Assembly: GCA_965204155.1 (NCBI GenBank)
Contig: OZ241971.1
Coordinates: 354,647-418,646, forward strand
Direction: 5' to 3'
Origin: Candidatus Rariloculaceae bacterium
GTDB lineage: Bacteria > Pseudomonadota > Gammaproteobacteria > Steroidobacterales > Rariloculaceae
Length of the DNA: 64,000 nt
Position numbers and translations under genes: made by a program. Below, piece after piece: positions 20,566-29,227 of this stretch. Numbering within the stretch: position 1 is the stretch's first letter; each line of letters starts with the position of its first letter. Below the pieces are notes generated by a model. That model ran no database searches and was not told the DNA's origin. It saw only the letters and a program-made list of their open reading frames with translations.

Positions 20566-21126
20566 CTAGACGACTTTCAGCTTTCGCCGGAGTGCGCCGA
20601 CGGCAAAGTGAAGACGGGACTTGACCGTACCCGCCGGCACGTTCAGGGCTTCTGCCATCTCGTTCAGTCGCATCCCGTCGACGAATCGCAGCAGCACGAC
20701 TTCCCGGTGGCGGGCCGACAGTCCCTGCATTGCCCTGGCCAGATTCTCGTACTGAGGGTCGACGGTGCGCGGATCGGGCAACTGGTCCGGCTCAAGGGCC
20801 CTGTCTTGTTCGTGCCGCCGCTCTTGCCTGAGCGCCGAGAGTGTCAGATTTCGGGCCACAGGGTAGAGCAGAGAACGCAAGCGTGCGGTCAGAATCAATC
20901 CCTCGCCGCTCGGCGGAAATTTCCGCAGCAGGTACAGAAAGGTCTCCTGAAGCACGTCCGCGGCAATGTCCCGATCGGAACAGAAGCGCAACGCCACGCG
21001 CGTCACGTAGTCGCGATGCCGCCGGTAGAGCGAATCGAACGCCTCAGTCGCATCTGCACGGGGTCCGCTGTTGCAGATCTCGACCAGTGCAGAATCGCTC
21101 AGGCTGCCGAAACGCGAACTAGGCAT
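20566..21126 (-). CDS. ECF RNA polymerase sigma factor
   Basis: Region 2 AADVLQETF; region 4 LSARHREVVLLRFVDGM...GTVKSRLH. Confidence 0.92.
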   Translation of the reverse strand: MPSSRFGSLSDSALVEICNSGPRADATEAFDSLYRRHRDYVTRVALRFCSDRDIAADVLQETFLYLLRKFPPSGEGLILTARLRSLLYPVARNLTLSALRQERRHEQDRALEPDQLPDPRTVDPQYENLARAMQGLSARHREVVLLRFVDGMRLNEMAEALNVPAGTVKSRLHFAVGALRRKLKVV

Positions 21127-21291
21127 CGTGGATCTTCGTGGAACCGAGATGGTTCACGTCGCGGCCTTCATCGGTGTCTCCAGCGCCTGTTCATAGCCTT
21201 CATTGCGAATCTCCCTTTTGCGACGCCGTTCGCGGCGGTCCACACTGGATTGTGATCCGCCGTTCAATTGACCTACTTTACTAATTAGTCA

Positions 21292-21524
21292 GGGGCTTAT
21301 ATACACAACTAGACAAGGTTCGAAACCATGACTGAACAGGAACGAAAAGACGTTTTACATGTGCTCAATGATCTGCGGGTGCCCTATTCTGTGTGGTTTT
21401 GCGCCGCATCGTGGGCAGAAGCGGATGTGCGGGGGCATGCGAACAAAGCGACGGCCAAAAGAAGTGAATTGGCGTTGCGGCTGCGGGCGTGGCTGGGCGG
21501 TGTCTAGTTTTGTATATAAGCCCC
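21292..21524. mobile_element. MITE / internally deleted IS with 24-bp terminal inverted repeats
   Basis: ggggcttatatacacaactagaca (21292-21315) vs tgtctagttttgtatataagcccc (21501-21524), one mismatch; internal 59-aa ORF 21328-21507 stops inside the right IR; no target-site duplication seen. Confidence 0.75.
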
Positions 21525-21538
21525 AAAAAAATACGGAT

Positions 21539-21937
21539 TCAGCGCTCGGGTGGGCGGTCTACGGAGCGAGAGAGCAGCTCAGCTTCGGCCCGCCGAGTAA
21601 ATTCAATGGCCTTGTCCACCTCGTCCCCGTGTCCGTCCCGGATAAGTTGGTTGCGCTTGAGAGTGGACACGATGCATACGTAGCGGAAAGTCTGCTTGAG
21701 CAATTCCTCGATTCCAGGCGAAATCGGGGGCGTTCGCCCACGCGTTGGATCGGCAGAGCGGGCCAGAGCGGCGTCGCGAACGTACCCGCCGATGGAAATT
21801 CCGCGACCGATCGCGGCGGATTTGATCCGGTGCCACTCCGAATCGGAGAAACGAATTGTCCTCGGCGTGCGAATTTCGCTGCCGTTTTCGTTCAGGTCGG
21901 CGCTGTTTTCTGCACGGGTTCGGTGGGTTTCGACCAT
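21539..21937 (-). CDS. Ribbon-helix-helix / MobC-like relaxosome accessory protein
   Basis: RTPRTIRFSDSEWHRIKSAAIGRGISIGGYVRDAAL is an RHH pattern; adjacent to oriT-like region. Confidence 0.7.
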   Translation of the reverse strand: MVETHRTRAENSADLNENGSEIRTPRTIRFSDSEWHRIKSAAIGRGISIGGYVRDAALARSADPTRGRTPPISPGIEELLKQTFRYVCIVSTLKRNQLIRDGHGDEVDKAIEFTRRAEAELLSRSVDRPPER

Positions 21938-22040
21938 GGTGGCTTCTCCGGCTGTGGGTTCCTGGGTTTGCGCTTCGCTGCCTGTCGACTACCGGGTGGG
22001 TGCCGGCAAGGCAGACACCTCACAATCACATCGGGATTAT

Positions 22041-22930
22041 ACGTATATCGTTACGATATACGTCATCCGATTCTCCAGAGAATACAACCGCAATCGGGGC
22101 ATCGGGTTTCCTATTGAATTCAATGGGTTAGTAACGTATATCGGAACGATATACGCTCGATCCAAGAGCCTGGTGTCGGTTCCTGTCGGTCTGTGGCGGC
22201 CGGAGTGTAGCCCGGGTGCATCTCCAGACGGCTGGTGACGCTCCGGGCAGCCCGCTGCGTGGGGTGTGAGAGCCAGGCCGCCGAAGGGCGTAAGACGGAC
22301 CCAACCCAGGGTACAGAACGCAGGGGAAACCGGTCCAGGAGCCCGAACCGGAGGGCAGCCGCCGCGGCGCGTGAGCGGTCGGGCCGCCGCGCCGAAGCGC
22401 GCCGGGCGCGCAGCGCCAGCGCGGTGAGGCGGCAGCGGCGGAACGACCGCAGCGCCGGCAGAACCCGCGACGGCGGTGGGAAGGCAGGCGGCGGTGAGCG
22501 CAGCGAACCGCCGGGGCAAGCGGAGCGCGCAGTGAGCGAAGCGAACGGAGGCGCGAGGGATACCCGCCCGAAGGGCCGAGACCGCGCAGCGGGCTCGGCA
22601 GGGTAGCCCGGTCGCGAAGCGACGCGCCCGGAAACTTCTTCGGAAAAGGCAGGAGGGAATCCAACAGAGTCAGCATCACGAGAGGCGAAAGCATCGGAAG
22701 CGGCTGAAGTTGAAACTGCTGGAGGAGCTGACGGTAGGGAAAGGCGGCGCAGCCGCCGCGTAGCGCGGCGCCGAAGGCGCGGCGCTACGCCAGGCAGGCG
22801 TGTTTTTGGTGTGCACGCACAGACGCGTCGCAGAACGATCGAGGGGGGGCGAGAACGGGCGGCGAGACGAAGGCGGCGATCGCGAATGCGAACGCCGGCG
22901 GGAGAGCGAGGCGAGCGGGCGAAGCCCGAA
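22041..22930. promoter_or_regulatory. oriT-like non-coding region with twin palindromic operators
   Basis: acgtatatcg-tta-cgatatacgt (22041-22063) and cgtatatcg-gaa-cgatatacg (22135-22155), attgaattcaat (22113-22124); downstream 0.7 kb lacks a credible ORF and has repeated gcgcagcg / gagcgaagcg motifs. Confidence 0.5.
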
Positions 22931-22937
22931 GCGAGCG

Positions 22938-23162
22938 CTACCATAGGGCGTGCGTGTCCACGAGGCGTTGGGCCACGGCTCGGATGCGGCCGCGTTCGCG
23001 AACGCGAACCGGACCGCGGTGGTCTTCGCTGAGATGCACGACGTAGAAGTGCTCGCCGGGATTGAGGATGTCGTCCTGACGGTAGACCTCGCCCACGCAG
23101 TCGCCAGCATCGTAGATGCGCGACTCGTGGGGCGTCACGCGTTTGAATTCGATTCGGCTCAT
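22938..23162 (-). CDS. Hypothetical protein
   Basis: GAGGA RBS; protein-like 74 aa (MSRIEFKRVTPHESRIY...). Confidence 0.6.
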   Translation of the reverse strand: MSRIEFKRVTPHESRIYDAGDCVGEVYRQDDILNPGEHFYVVHLSEDHRGPVRVRERGRIRAVAQRLVDTHALW

Positions 23163-23312
23163 CGTCGGTTCCTCTCTCTATCGTCGCCGGGCTCGCCCGG
23201 CGCAGGCCCGACGCCACGCCAGGGCGTGGCGCGGGCTGCGGGAGCGAAGCGAAAAAAATCGCGGCCCGCATCGCCGGTGAGACGAAGCGGGCCGCGAGGT
23301 GGAGGGTGCAGG

Positions 23313-24239
23313 TTACGCCGAGTTCAAGGTATAGCGCTTGACCGGAATCCCGAGCTGCGCGGCCTTGTCCAGCAGGTTGTCGGAGATCCCGGAGCCGGGG
23401 AAGCCGATGACGCCCTTGGGCAGCAGGCTCAGCAGCTCGTCGTTGCGCCGGAACGGAGCGGCGCGCCCGTGGGCGTTCCAGTCCGGCTTGCACACGACCT
23501 GGTGCACACCCCTGGATTCCGCCCAGCGCGCGGCGACCATCTCCGCGCCCGGGCCGCCGCCGTGCACCAGCACCATGTCGGCGTACTTGGCGTGCACGCT
23601 GTCCAGCGCCGCGTAGATCGGGTCGGCGTCGCTGACCGGCTTGGAGCCCGCGACCGCCACCAGCGTGCCTTCCGGCAGGTGAGAGGCGTTCTTCTGCTCG
23701 CGGCGCGCGCGCATGAAGTCACGGGCGTCGATCGCAGCCGAGGTGAGTTGCGAAGTGCGGGAGGTGTGGGACCCGTTCCTCGGCCGCCAAGTCTTGCCGG
23801 TGTCGGCGCAGTACACGTGAGAGGCGTAGTCCCGCAGCCGCTCGAAGGCGTCGCGCCGGTCCCCGAGGTTCTGGCAGCGTTCGATCGTTCGCTCCAGTTC
23901 CCAGGCATTGATCTCGGTGCCGTCCTGGGCGTGCTGGAGATCCTTCATCTTCGGGGAGAGCTTGTCGACCGCGCGGTCGAGGCGAACCATCTGCATGTGC
24001 AGGGTGTTGACGAAGCCCCACAGCAGCGACTCGCGCTCGTCGGCGAGCTGGGTACCGTCGGGAGCGACTTCCTCCACGAAGAGGTTGAGGATGTTGTCGA
24101 GGCCGGTCAGGGCTTCCTTCTCGTCCCAGACCGCGCGCGGGTCCGGTTCGCCTCGGGCAGGCGCGCCGCCGAAGCGTTCGAGGTTTTCGCAGATCACCGC
24201 AGTGGGTGAAGTGTTGGCGTGATGCAAGTGTGCATTCAT
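23313..24239 (-). CDS. DUF2493 (SLOG superfamily) protein
   Basis: C-terminal LVHGGGPGAEMVAARWA, GRAAPFRRNDELL, IGFPGSG; AGGAG RBS. Confidence 0.88.
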   Translation of the reverse strand: MNAHLHHANTSPTAVICENLERFGGAPARGEPDPRAVWDEKEALTGLDNILNLFVEEVAPDGTQLADERESLLWGFVNTLHMQMVRLDRAVDKLSPKMKDLQHAQDGTEINAWELERTIERCQNLGDRRDAFERLRDYASHVYCADTGKTWRPRNGSHTSRTSQLTSAAIDARDFMRARREQKNASHLPEGTLVAVAGSKPVSDADPIYAALDSVHAKYADMVLVHGGGPGAEMVAARWAESRGVHQVVCKPDWNAHGRAAPFRRNDELLSLLPKGVIGFPGSGISDNLLDKAAQLGIPVKRYTLNSA

Positions 24240-24555
24240 GGTACTGAACTCCTGTGGTTCGTTAAGCGGAATACCGTCTCTCGTAGATCGGCATGTCTTG
24301 GGCAGCAGGCGAGAGTCACCCGCAGGGCCGAAGCGGAGCGGAGGACCCGTCGTCTTCGACGGGTTGACCGCCTGCTACCCTGGGCATGCCGTTCGGAGAG
24401 AGACCGTCCGCCGCGTCGTCCGGCCCCTGGAGGGCATGCGAAAATGCAAGCGCCGTGCCGGATGGGTTCTGCGCGCCAGCGCAGGTTCCATCGGGCGTCG
24501 GGGATTGCTCGCGTGTCCGGAAGGCGCCCGGACGGCGAATCAGGCGGACACCGAC

Positions 24556-25635
24556 TCAGGGGGTTGCAGGGGTCCGCCCCTGCTTCTTTGGGAAACCTCG
24601 CGTGTGTTCAGCAAGCGAATCGACCGATCCTGTTGGCCTATTGCCCGCGAGCGGCGCCAACCGCTGCGCGAGGGGTTCGGTGCCGAACTGACGCAGGTCG
24701 TCGTTGAAGTCGTTCCCTGCGGGAAGCAGCACCGCGCAGGCGACGCCGAGCTGCGTGCAACGCAGTTGCAAGCGAAGCGAGGCGAGCCTGCCCTCCTTGT
24801 CGCGGTCGTGGGCGATGATCAGGCGGGTCACTTGCTTCGGCGGCACGAACGCGCCGAGGCTGCCCGCTGAAAGCGCGGCAGCCGAGAGCGGGGCTGCGCC
24901 CTGCAAGGGGGCGTGCGGCAGTACCGTGACCAGCGAGAGCACTGTCTCGATGCCCTCGCCCACCAGGAGGGTGGTGGATGCGTCGGGATCGCCGAACCGC
25001 ACGGCCAGCCCGTGGACGCGTCCAAGCGCCTTGCGCGGACGCGACACGCGGGCCTTGGCCGGGCGGGCGGGATCGAGCCAGGTGCGGTGCACGCCTTCGA
25101 GCGCGCCGTCGTCGCCGGTCACGGCGGCGACCAGCGCGGGGAAGCGCCGCCAGGCGCCCGAAGCGGACCGGTAGGGAAGCGAGCCATGAAACCGCAATGC
25201 CGGGAACCGGCAGCGGTGAATGGCGCGCGCCCTGAGGTAGGCTTCGGCGTGCGTGGAGTCGATGGGACCGCACCGGTCCCAGAGATTCCGGGCCGCGGCG
25301 GCGCGGTCGTACGTGTCGCCGTCGGAAGCGGCGGGAGAAACGGGCTGCGCCAGGAACCGGCGCGCCTCGGTGAGCGCCTCGCGCAGCGAGGCCGATCCGG
25401 TGGCGAGCCGGACGAGATCCAGAAGGTCGCCGTGCTCGCCGGTGGCCGCGTCGGTCCACTTGCCGGGCGTACCGGGCGGCGCCAGCCGCACGAACAGCGA
25501 GCGCCCGGACGCGCCCCGCGCGTCCCCGGCGCACCAGTACCGGCCCTGCTTCTTGCCATTGGGCAGGTACTTGCGGCAAACGGCTTCGGCGCGCTGCGCC
25601 AGCAGCGCGGAGACGGTCGAGGCATTCATCGGCAC
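24556..25635 (-). CDS. Toprim-domain primase-like protein
   Basis: N-terminal GKWTDAATGEHGDLLDL; AEAYLRARAI; GVHRTWL; VGEGIET; IAHDRD; NDFNDDL. Confidence 0.88.
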   Translation of the reverse strand: MPMNASTVSALLAQRAEAVCRKYLPNGKKQGRYWCAGDARGASGRSLFVRLAPPGTPGKWTDAATGEHGDLLDLVRLATGSASLREALTEARRFLAQPVSPAASDGDTYDRAAAARNLWDRCGPIDSTHAEAYLRARAIHRCRFPALRFHGSLPYRSASGAWRRFPALVAAVTGDDGALEGVHRTWLDPARPAKARVSRPRKALGRVHGLAVRFGDPDASTTLLVGEGIETVLSLVTVLPHAPLQGAAPLSAAALSAGSLGAFVPPKQVTRLIIAHDRDKEGRLASLRLQLRCTQLGVACAVLLPAGNDFNDDLRQFGTEPLAQRLAPLAGNRPTGSVDSLAEHTRGFPKKQGRTPATP

Positions 25636-25680
25636 TCCGGTCGAGGGGGATCGCCGGGGTACCGGCCCCCTCGACCTCTC

Positions 25681-26297
25681 GGCGGCGTTCCGGCGCGTGG
25701 GCGTCAGCCCGCAAGCGTGCGGAACGTGGCCGGGATCGGGGTCGAGGCTCGAGGCTCGAGCGAGCCCGGTCTCACCGGGCGAGCGCGCCGAGCCGGCCTG
25801 GGTCGGCGTAGGCGGCGGAGGCGAGATTGGGGTGCCCGGTGGCGGCGTGGTGGCGCAGTTCCATCCAGAGCCGGCCGAAGACGTTGGCGCCGACGTAGCG
25901 GGCGGCGTCGGCGTGCGCGCCCCAGTAGTCGTCGCGGGTGGAGAATTCCACGATCGGGCGCGACTCGGTGCGGCGCAGGAGCGCGTCGATGCGGTCGGGA
26001 AGGGTCTCGCGCTTGCGCCGCAGGACCCAGCGCATGACGTCGACGCGGTCCCGATGCCAGGTCGGCGTGAGCGGTGGCGCCGTTCGGCCGAGCCGGGCGG
26101 CGAGCGCGGCGAAGTTGCTGAACAGGCCCCACTCGGCGTTGGTGAAGCGGAAGGCGCAGACGTCGTTCTTCGGGTAGGAACGCAGCAGGTTGAGGCGGTC
26201 GGTCATCGGGGTTCTCCTGTGTCGTCAAGCGGCGGCGTTCCGGCGCGCGGGCGTCAGCCCGCAAGCGTCCGGAACGTGGCCGAGACCCGGGTCGAGG
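25681..26297. repeat. 67-bp imperfect direct repeats flanking the NADAR gene
   Basis: 25681-25747 and 26231-26297: ggcggcgttccggcgcgYgggcgtcagcccgcaagcgtScggaacgtggccg..gggtcgagg, about 5 mismatches; includes the AlkB stop codon. Confidence 0.9.
25772..26206 (-). CDS. NADAR (YbiA/DUF1768) family protein, internally deleted
   Basis: FSNF, VMRWVLRRK, IVEFSTRDDYWG, GANVFGRLWMELR; the usual SEHxYQAxKF segment is absent. Confidence 0.75.
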   Translation of the reverse strand: MTDRLNLLRSYPKNDVCAFRFTNAEWGLFSNFAALAARLGRTAPPLTPTWHRDRVDVMRWVLRRKRETLPDRIDALLRRTESRPIVEFSTRDDYWGAHADAARYVGANVFGRLWMELRHHAATGHPNLASAAYADPGRLGALAR

Positions 26298-26835
26298 GCA
26301 GGCGCGCGGTGTCGGCCGGGTCGATGCCGTGCATCCAGACGTGGCGCGCAGGGCTGGCGAGCACCAGCACCGAGCGGCGCGGCAGCGTGAGCACGTCGTC
26401 GCCCGGTGCGCCGTGGCGCACGTACGGGCGAGCGTTCCGGGGCCGGAACCGCATCGGCCAGTCGTCGGCGAGCGAAAGCGACGCCACGACGGGGCCGAAG
26501 TCGCGGTGATCGGCGTGCATGCCGATGCCCTGGCCGGGGCGGTACTCGTTCACGATGCACTGGCTCGGCAGCGCGCCGTCGAAGTACGGCGCCAGCCGCC
26601 GGGCCATGTGTTCCGTCCAGAGCGGAAACGGCGTAGCCGGTTCCCGCGCTCCCGGGTTCCGGTAGTCATACCGGAACCCGTAGTGCTGCACGCGGCGGTT
26701 GAGGTCGCGCAGCCAGGGCGCCGCGGCGATGCGTTCCAGAATGCGCCGCTCCTCCGCGGGCGTGACGAAGTCGCGCACGAGGCGGGCGCCCCGGGACAGG
26801 ATGTCGGTTGTGCTGGCGTTCACGTCACTCTCCAT
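26254..26835 (-). CDS. AlkB-family 2OG-Fe(II) dioxygenase
   Basis: RRVQHYGFRYDY, IVNEYRPGQGIGMHAD (HxD), WMHGI (H), RVSATFR (RxxxxxR). Confidence 0.92.
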   Translation of the reverse strand: MESDVNASTTDILSRGARLVRDFVTPAEERRILERIAAAPWLRDLNRRVQHYGFRYDYRNPGAREPATPFPLWTEHMARRLAPYFDGALPSQCIVNEYRPGQGIGMHADHRDFGPVVASLSLADDWPMRFRPRNARPYVRHGAPGDDVLTLPRRSVLVLASPARHVWMHGIDPADTARLPSTRVSATFRTLAG

Positions 26836-27136
26836 CGCAGCGCTGGACGGCGGCGGCCCAGCGGGCGGCCGCGGCCAGCACGTCGCCGTGGCACGGCTCG
26901 GGCGCGCACCAGCAAGCCAGGCGCTTGCCGTGCAGGGCCGCCAGGTCTTCGACCGACACGCACCCGGTGTGAATCTCGCGCCACAGGTGCTCGCGGTATT
27001 TCTCGATGACCTCGGCGCGGGAACCGTCCCGGCCGACGACGTAGGGATTGCCCCATTGTGTGGCGCGGTCGATGCGCACGACGTCCGGGCCGGCGAGAGC
27101 CGAACGGTGGTGGCGAATATTGATGACGTCGGTCAT
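26825..27136 (-). CDS. DUF4326 domain protein
   Basis: IDRATQWGNPY...IEKYREHL...LHGKRLACWCAPEPCHGDVL; ATGA overlap with upstream SLOG gene. Confidence 0.88.
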   Translation of the reverse strand: MTDVINIRHHRSALAGPDVVRIDRATQWGNPYVVGRDGSRAEVIEKYREHLWREIHTGCVSVEDLAALHGKRLACWCAPEPCHGDVLAAAARWAAAVQRCDGE

Positions 27137-27735
27137 TCTCCCTCTCCTGGATCCGAGCGTACCCCGCCGACGCGGTACCCGTACACCTGGCCGAGGCGGA
27201 CGGTGCGCAGGAAGAGGCAGGCGTCGCGTGGAGTGTGCACGGCCAGGTTCACCACGGGAATACCGGCCCGGTCCGCAATACGCAGTGCCATCCCGGTTCC
27301 GCCGACAACCTCCCCTCCGGGCGTCCAGCAGATCAACGCATCGACCGGACGGTTCAGCCCCGGGCCCAGCACGATGCCGACGTTGCGGGCATGCAGCGCC
27401 CGGACGCCCCGGGAACACTTCTGCCAGGCCGGATGCAGCCGCGCGGCAAGGTCGCGGGCGGGCGGGCTTTCGTCGGCGGAGAGGGTGCGGCAGTCCGGAC
27501 CCGCGTGACGGTTGTAGCCGGGCCAGGGCAGGACGAGCGTGCGGGACTCGGGGGTCGCCCCGTCTGCAAAAGCCCGGTCCGCGCCGTCGGCACCGCCGGA
27601 GTTGAGATGCCAGCCGGTGCGGTGCAGCCACTGGGCGAGGCGGGTCATGACGGAGAGGATTTCGGGGGGAGTTTTCCGGGCGCCGATGCCGGCGTAGACC
27701 AGGCGGGGAGAGGTAGCGGTTGCGGGATGAGTCAT
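27133..27735 (-). CDS. SLOG / DprA-Smf-like nucleotide-binding protein
   Basis: YAGIGARKTP, LNSGGADGADRAF, LHARN, ICWTPGG, GGTGMALRIA, IPVVNL; GAGGA RBS. Confidence 0.85.
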   Translation of the reverse strand: MTHPATATSPRLVYAGIGARKTPPEILSVMTRLAQWLHRTGWHLNSGGADGADRAFADGATPESRTLVLPWPGYNRHAGPDCRTLSADESPPARDLAARLHPAWQKCSRGVRALHARNVGIVLGPGLNRPVDALICWTPGGEVVGGTGMALRIADRAGIPVVNLAVHTPRDACLFLRTVRLGQVYGYRVGGVRSDPGEGE

Positions 27736-27959
27736 GGTCGGTTCCTCGGTGGACGGATGGGAGCGGCGGCGAGAACGGAAACTCTCTCTGGCACACCGCG
27801 AATCGCCCCGCCGCAAGGCCGCACCCACGCGGGACACCCGGGAAGCCGGACGGCGGAGGGGAAAGGGGAACGTGCCCGGCGTGCAAAAAAATGGGGGCCA
27901 GCCCCCGCCGAGGAAATGCGGGAGCCGGCCCCCGAGGGGCACGGACGGTCAGACGACGT

Positions 27960-28412
27960 CTAGAAGGGGATGTCGTCGCCTTCGGCCTGGGTGGCGGCCG
28001 GCGCATCGGGCGTCTCGGCGGACGCGGCCTGCGCGCCGTTGCCGTTGGAGCCGTTGGCACCGTTCGGGCGATCCAGGAACTGGACCCTGCCGCCCGGCGC
28101 GAGCCGGATCTCGGTGGAGAAGCGGTCGGACTCCTCCCCGTCCTTGCGCCAGCGCCGCGTCTGCAGCGTGCCGGAGACGTAGACCAGACGACCCTTCCGG
28201 GCGTGCTTTTCGAGCATGTCGATCAGCCCGGGCTGGAAGGTCACGACCCGGTGCCACTCGGTGCGGTCGACCCGCTCGCCGGTGTTCCTGTCGAGGTAGC
28301 CTTCGTCGGTGGCGATGGACATGTTCGCCACGCGGCCGCCGCTCGTGAGGTGGTTGATGGTGACATCGGCGCCCAATCGCCCGATGACTTCTGCGCGATT
28401 CAAACCAAACAT
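27960..28412 (-). CDS. ssb: Single-stranded DNA-binding protein
   Basis: LNRAEVIGRLGAD, TEWHRVV, KGRLVYVSGTLQTRRW, C-terminal DDIPF; AGGAG RBS. Confidence 0.95.
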   Translation of the reverse strand: MFGLNRAEVIGRLGADVTINHLTSGGRVANMSIATDEGYLDRNTGERVDRTEWHRVVTFQPGLIDMLEKHARKGRLVYVSGTLQTRRWRKDGEESDRFSTEIRLAPGGRVQFLDRPNGANGSNGNGAQAASAETPDAPAATQAEGDDIPF

Positions 28413-28513
28413 GGTAGATCTCCTGAGGTCTTGAGTGATGACAAGGGGTTGGCGAACCGGGAACGACTCTCGCGAGCCCTTCCGATTCACCCTCCGGGGG
28501 CTTGCCCCCACTC

Positions 28514-28732
28514 TCAAAGGCCTGGACCTGGCGATGTGGTCAGGGCCTCGCGAACCGCCCGATCGGAGAGCCCGACTTCGGTCAGCAGGGCAGCGGGGTC
28601 CAGCGTCGGGACGGGGGAAGTGTCGTGCGGACCGGTATCGGGACCGAGCGCGTCGGCCACCGAATCGGCGTGGCGGGGCGTGTTGAAGTCCAGCGGCGCG
28701 GGCGCCGCGTCGGTGCGTGTAACGTGGTACAT
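28514..28732 (-). CDS. Hypothetical protein
   Basis: GGAGA RBS before ATG; co-oriented with module. Confidence 0.35.
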   Translation of the reverse strand: MYHVTRTDAAPAPLDFNTPRHADSVADALGPDTGPHDTSPVPTLDPAALLTEVGLSDRAVREALTTSPGPGL

Positions 28733-28854
28733 GAGGACGTTCTCCGGAGAGGGGTGAAGACCCCCGGAGCGGAAAACTCTCTCTCCGCCCCGGGGCGCTT
28801 ACTCTGCGCACGCCGCTCCCGGACTTCCGCGGTGCGGCCGCGAAACGGGCGAGG

Positions 28855-29124
28855 TCAGTGGAAGGTGGCGGTGTCGCCCGGACCGCGGTCGCGCATGGCG
28901 TGGGCGGCGAGTTTCATCCAGGCGTCGCGGTCCAGACCGAGGCGGGCGTTGAGCCGGGTGCACAACCGCTCGGCGTCGGCAAGGGTCAGCGCCACCAGCG
29001 CGGTGGGCACGTAGCCCGGGATGTTCTCGAAAACGATGCGGATCTGCTGCGGGCCGTCGGGCGCGGCGTATTCGGGGCAGAACGCGAACAGGGGGTTGTC
29101 GGGGAGCGTACTGGTGGGCGGCAT
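28855..29124 (-). CDS. Hypothetical protein
   Basis: AGGAG RBS before ATG 29124; protein-like 89 aa. Confidence 0.65.
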   Translation of the reverse strand: MPPTSTLPDNPLFAFCPEYAAPDGPQQIRIVFENIPGYVPTALVALTLADAERLCTRLNARLGLDRDAWMKLAAHAMRDRGPGDTATFH

Positions 29125-29227
29125 GAGAAAATCTCCTGTGGAAACGGGACGAAGGGCGCGCGGCGGGAGCCGACGGCGGACCAGCTGGCGACGACCGGGG
29201 GCCGGCGATACGTATAAGGGGACGGTG

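Noticed and set aside
22037-23493. Several overlapping Arg/Pro/Ala-rich ORFs
   Set aside because: Low-complexity translations of the oriT-like non-coding tract.
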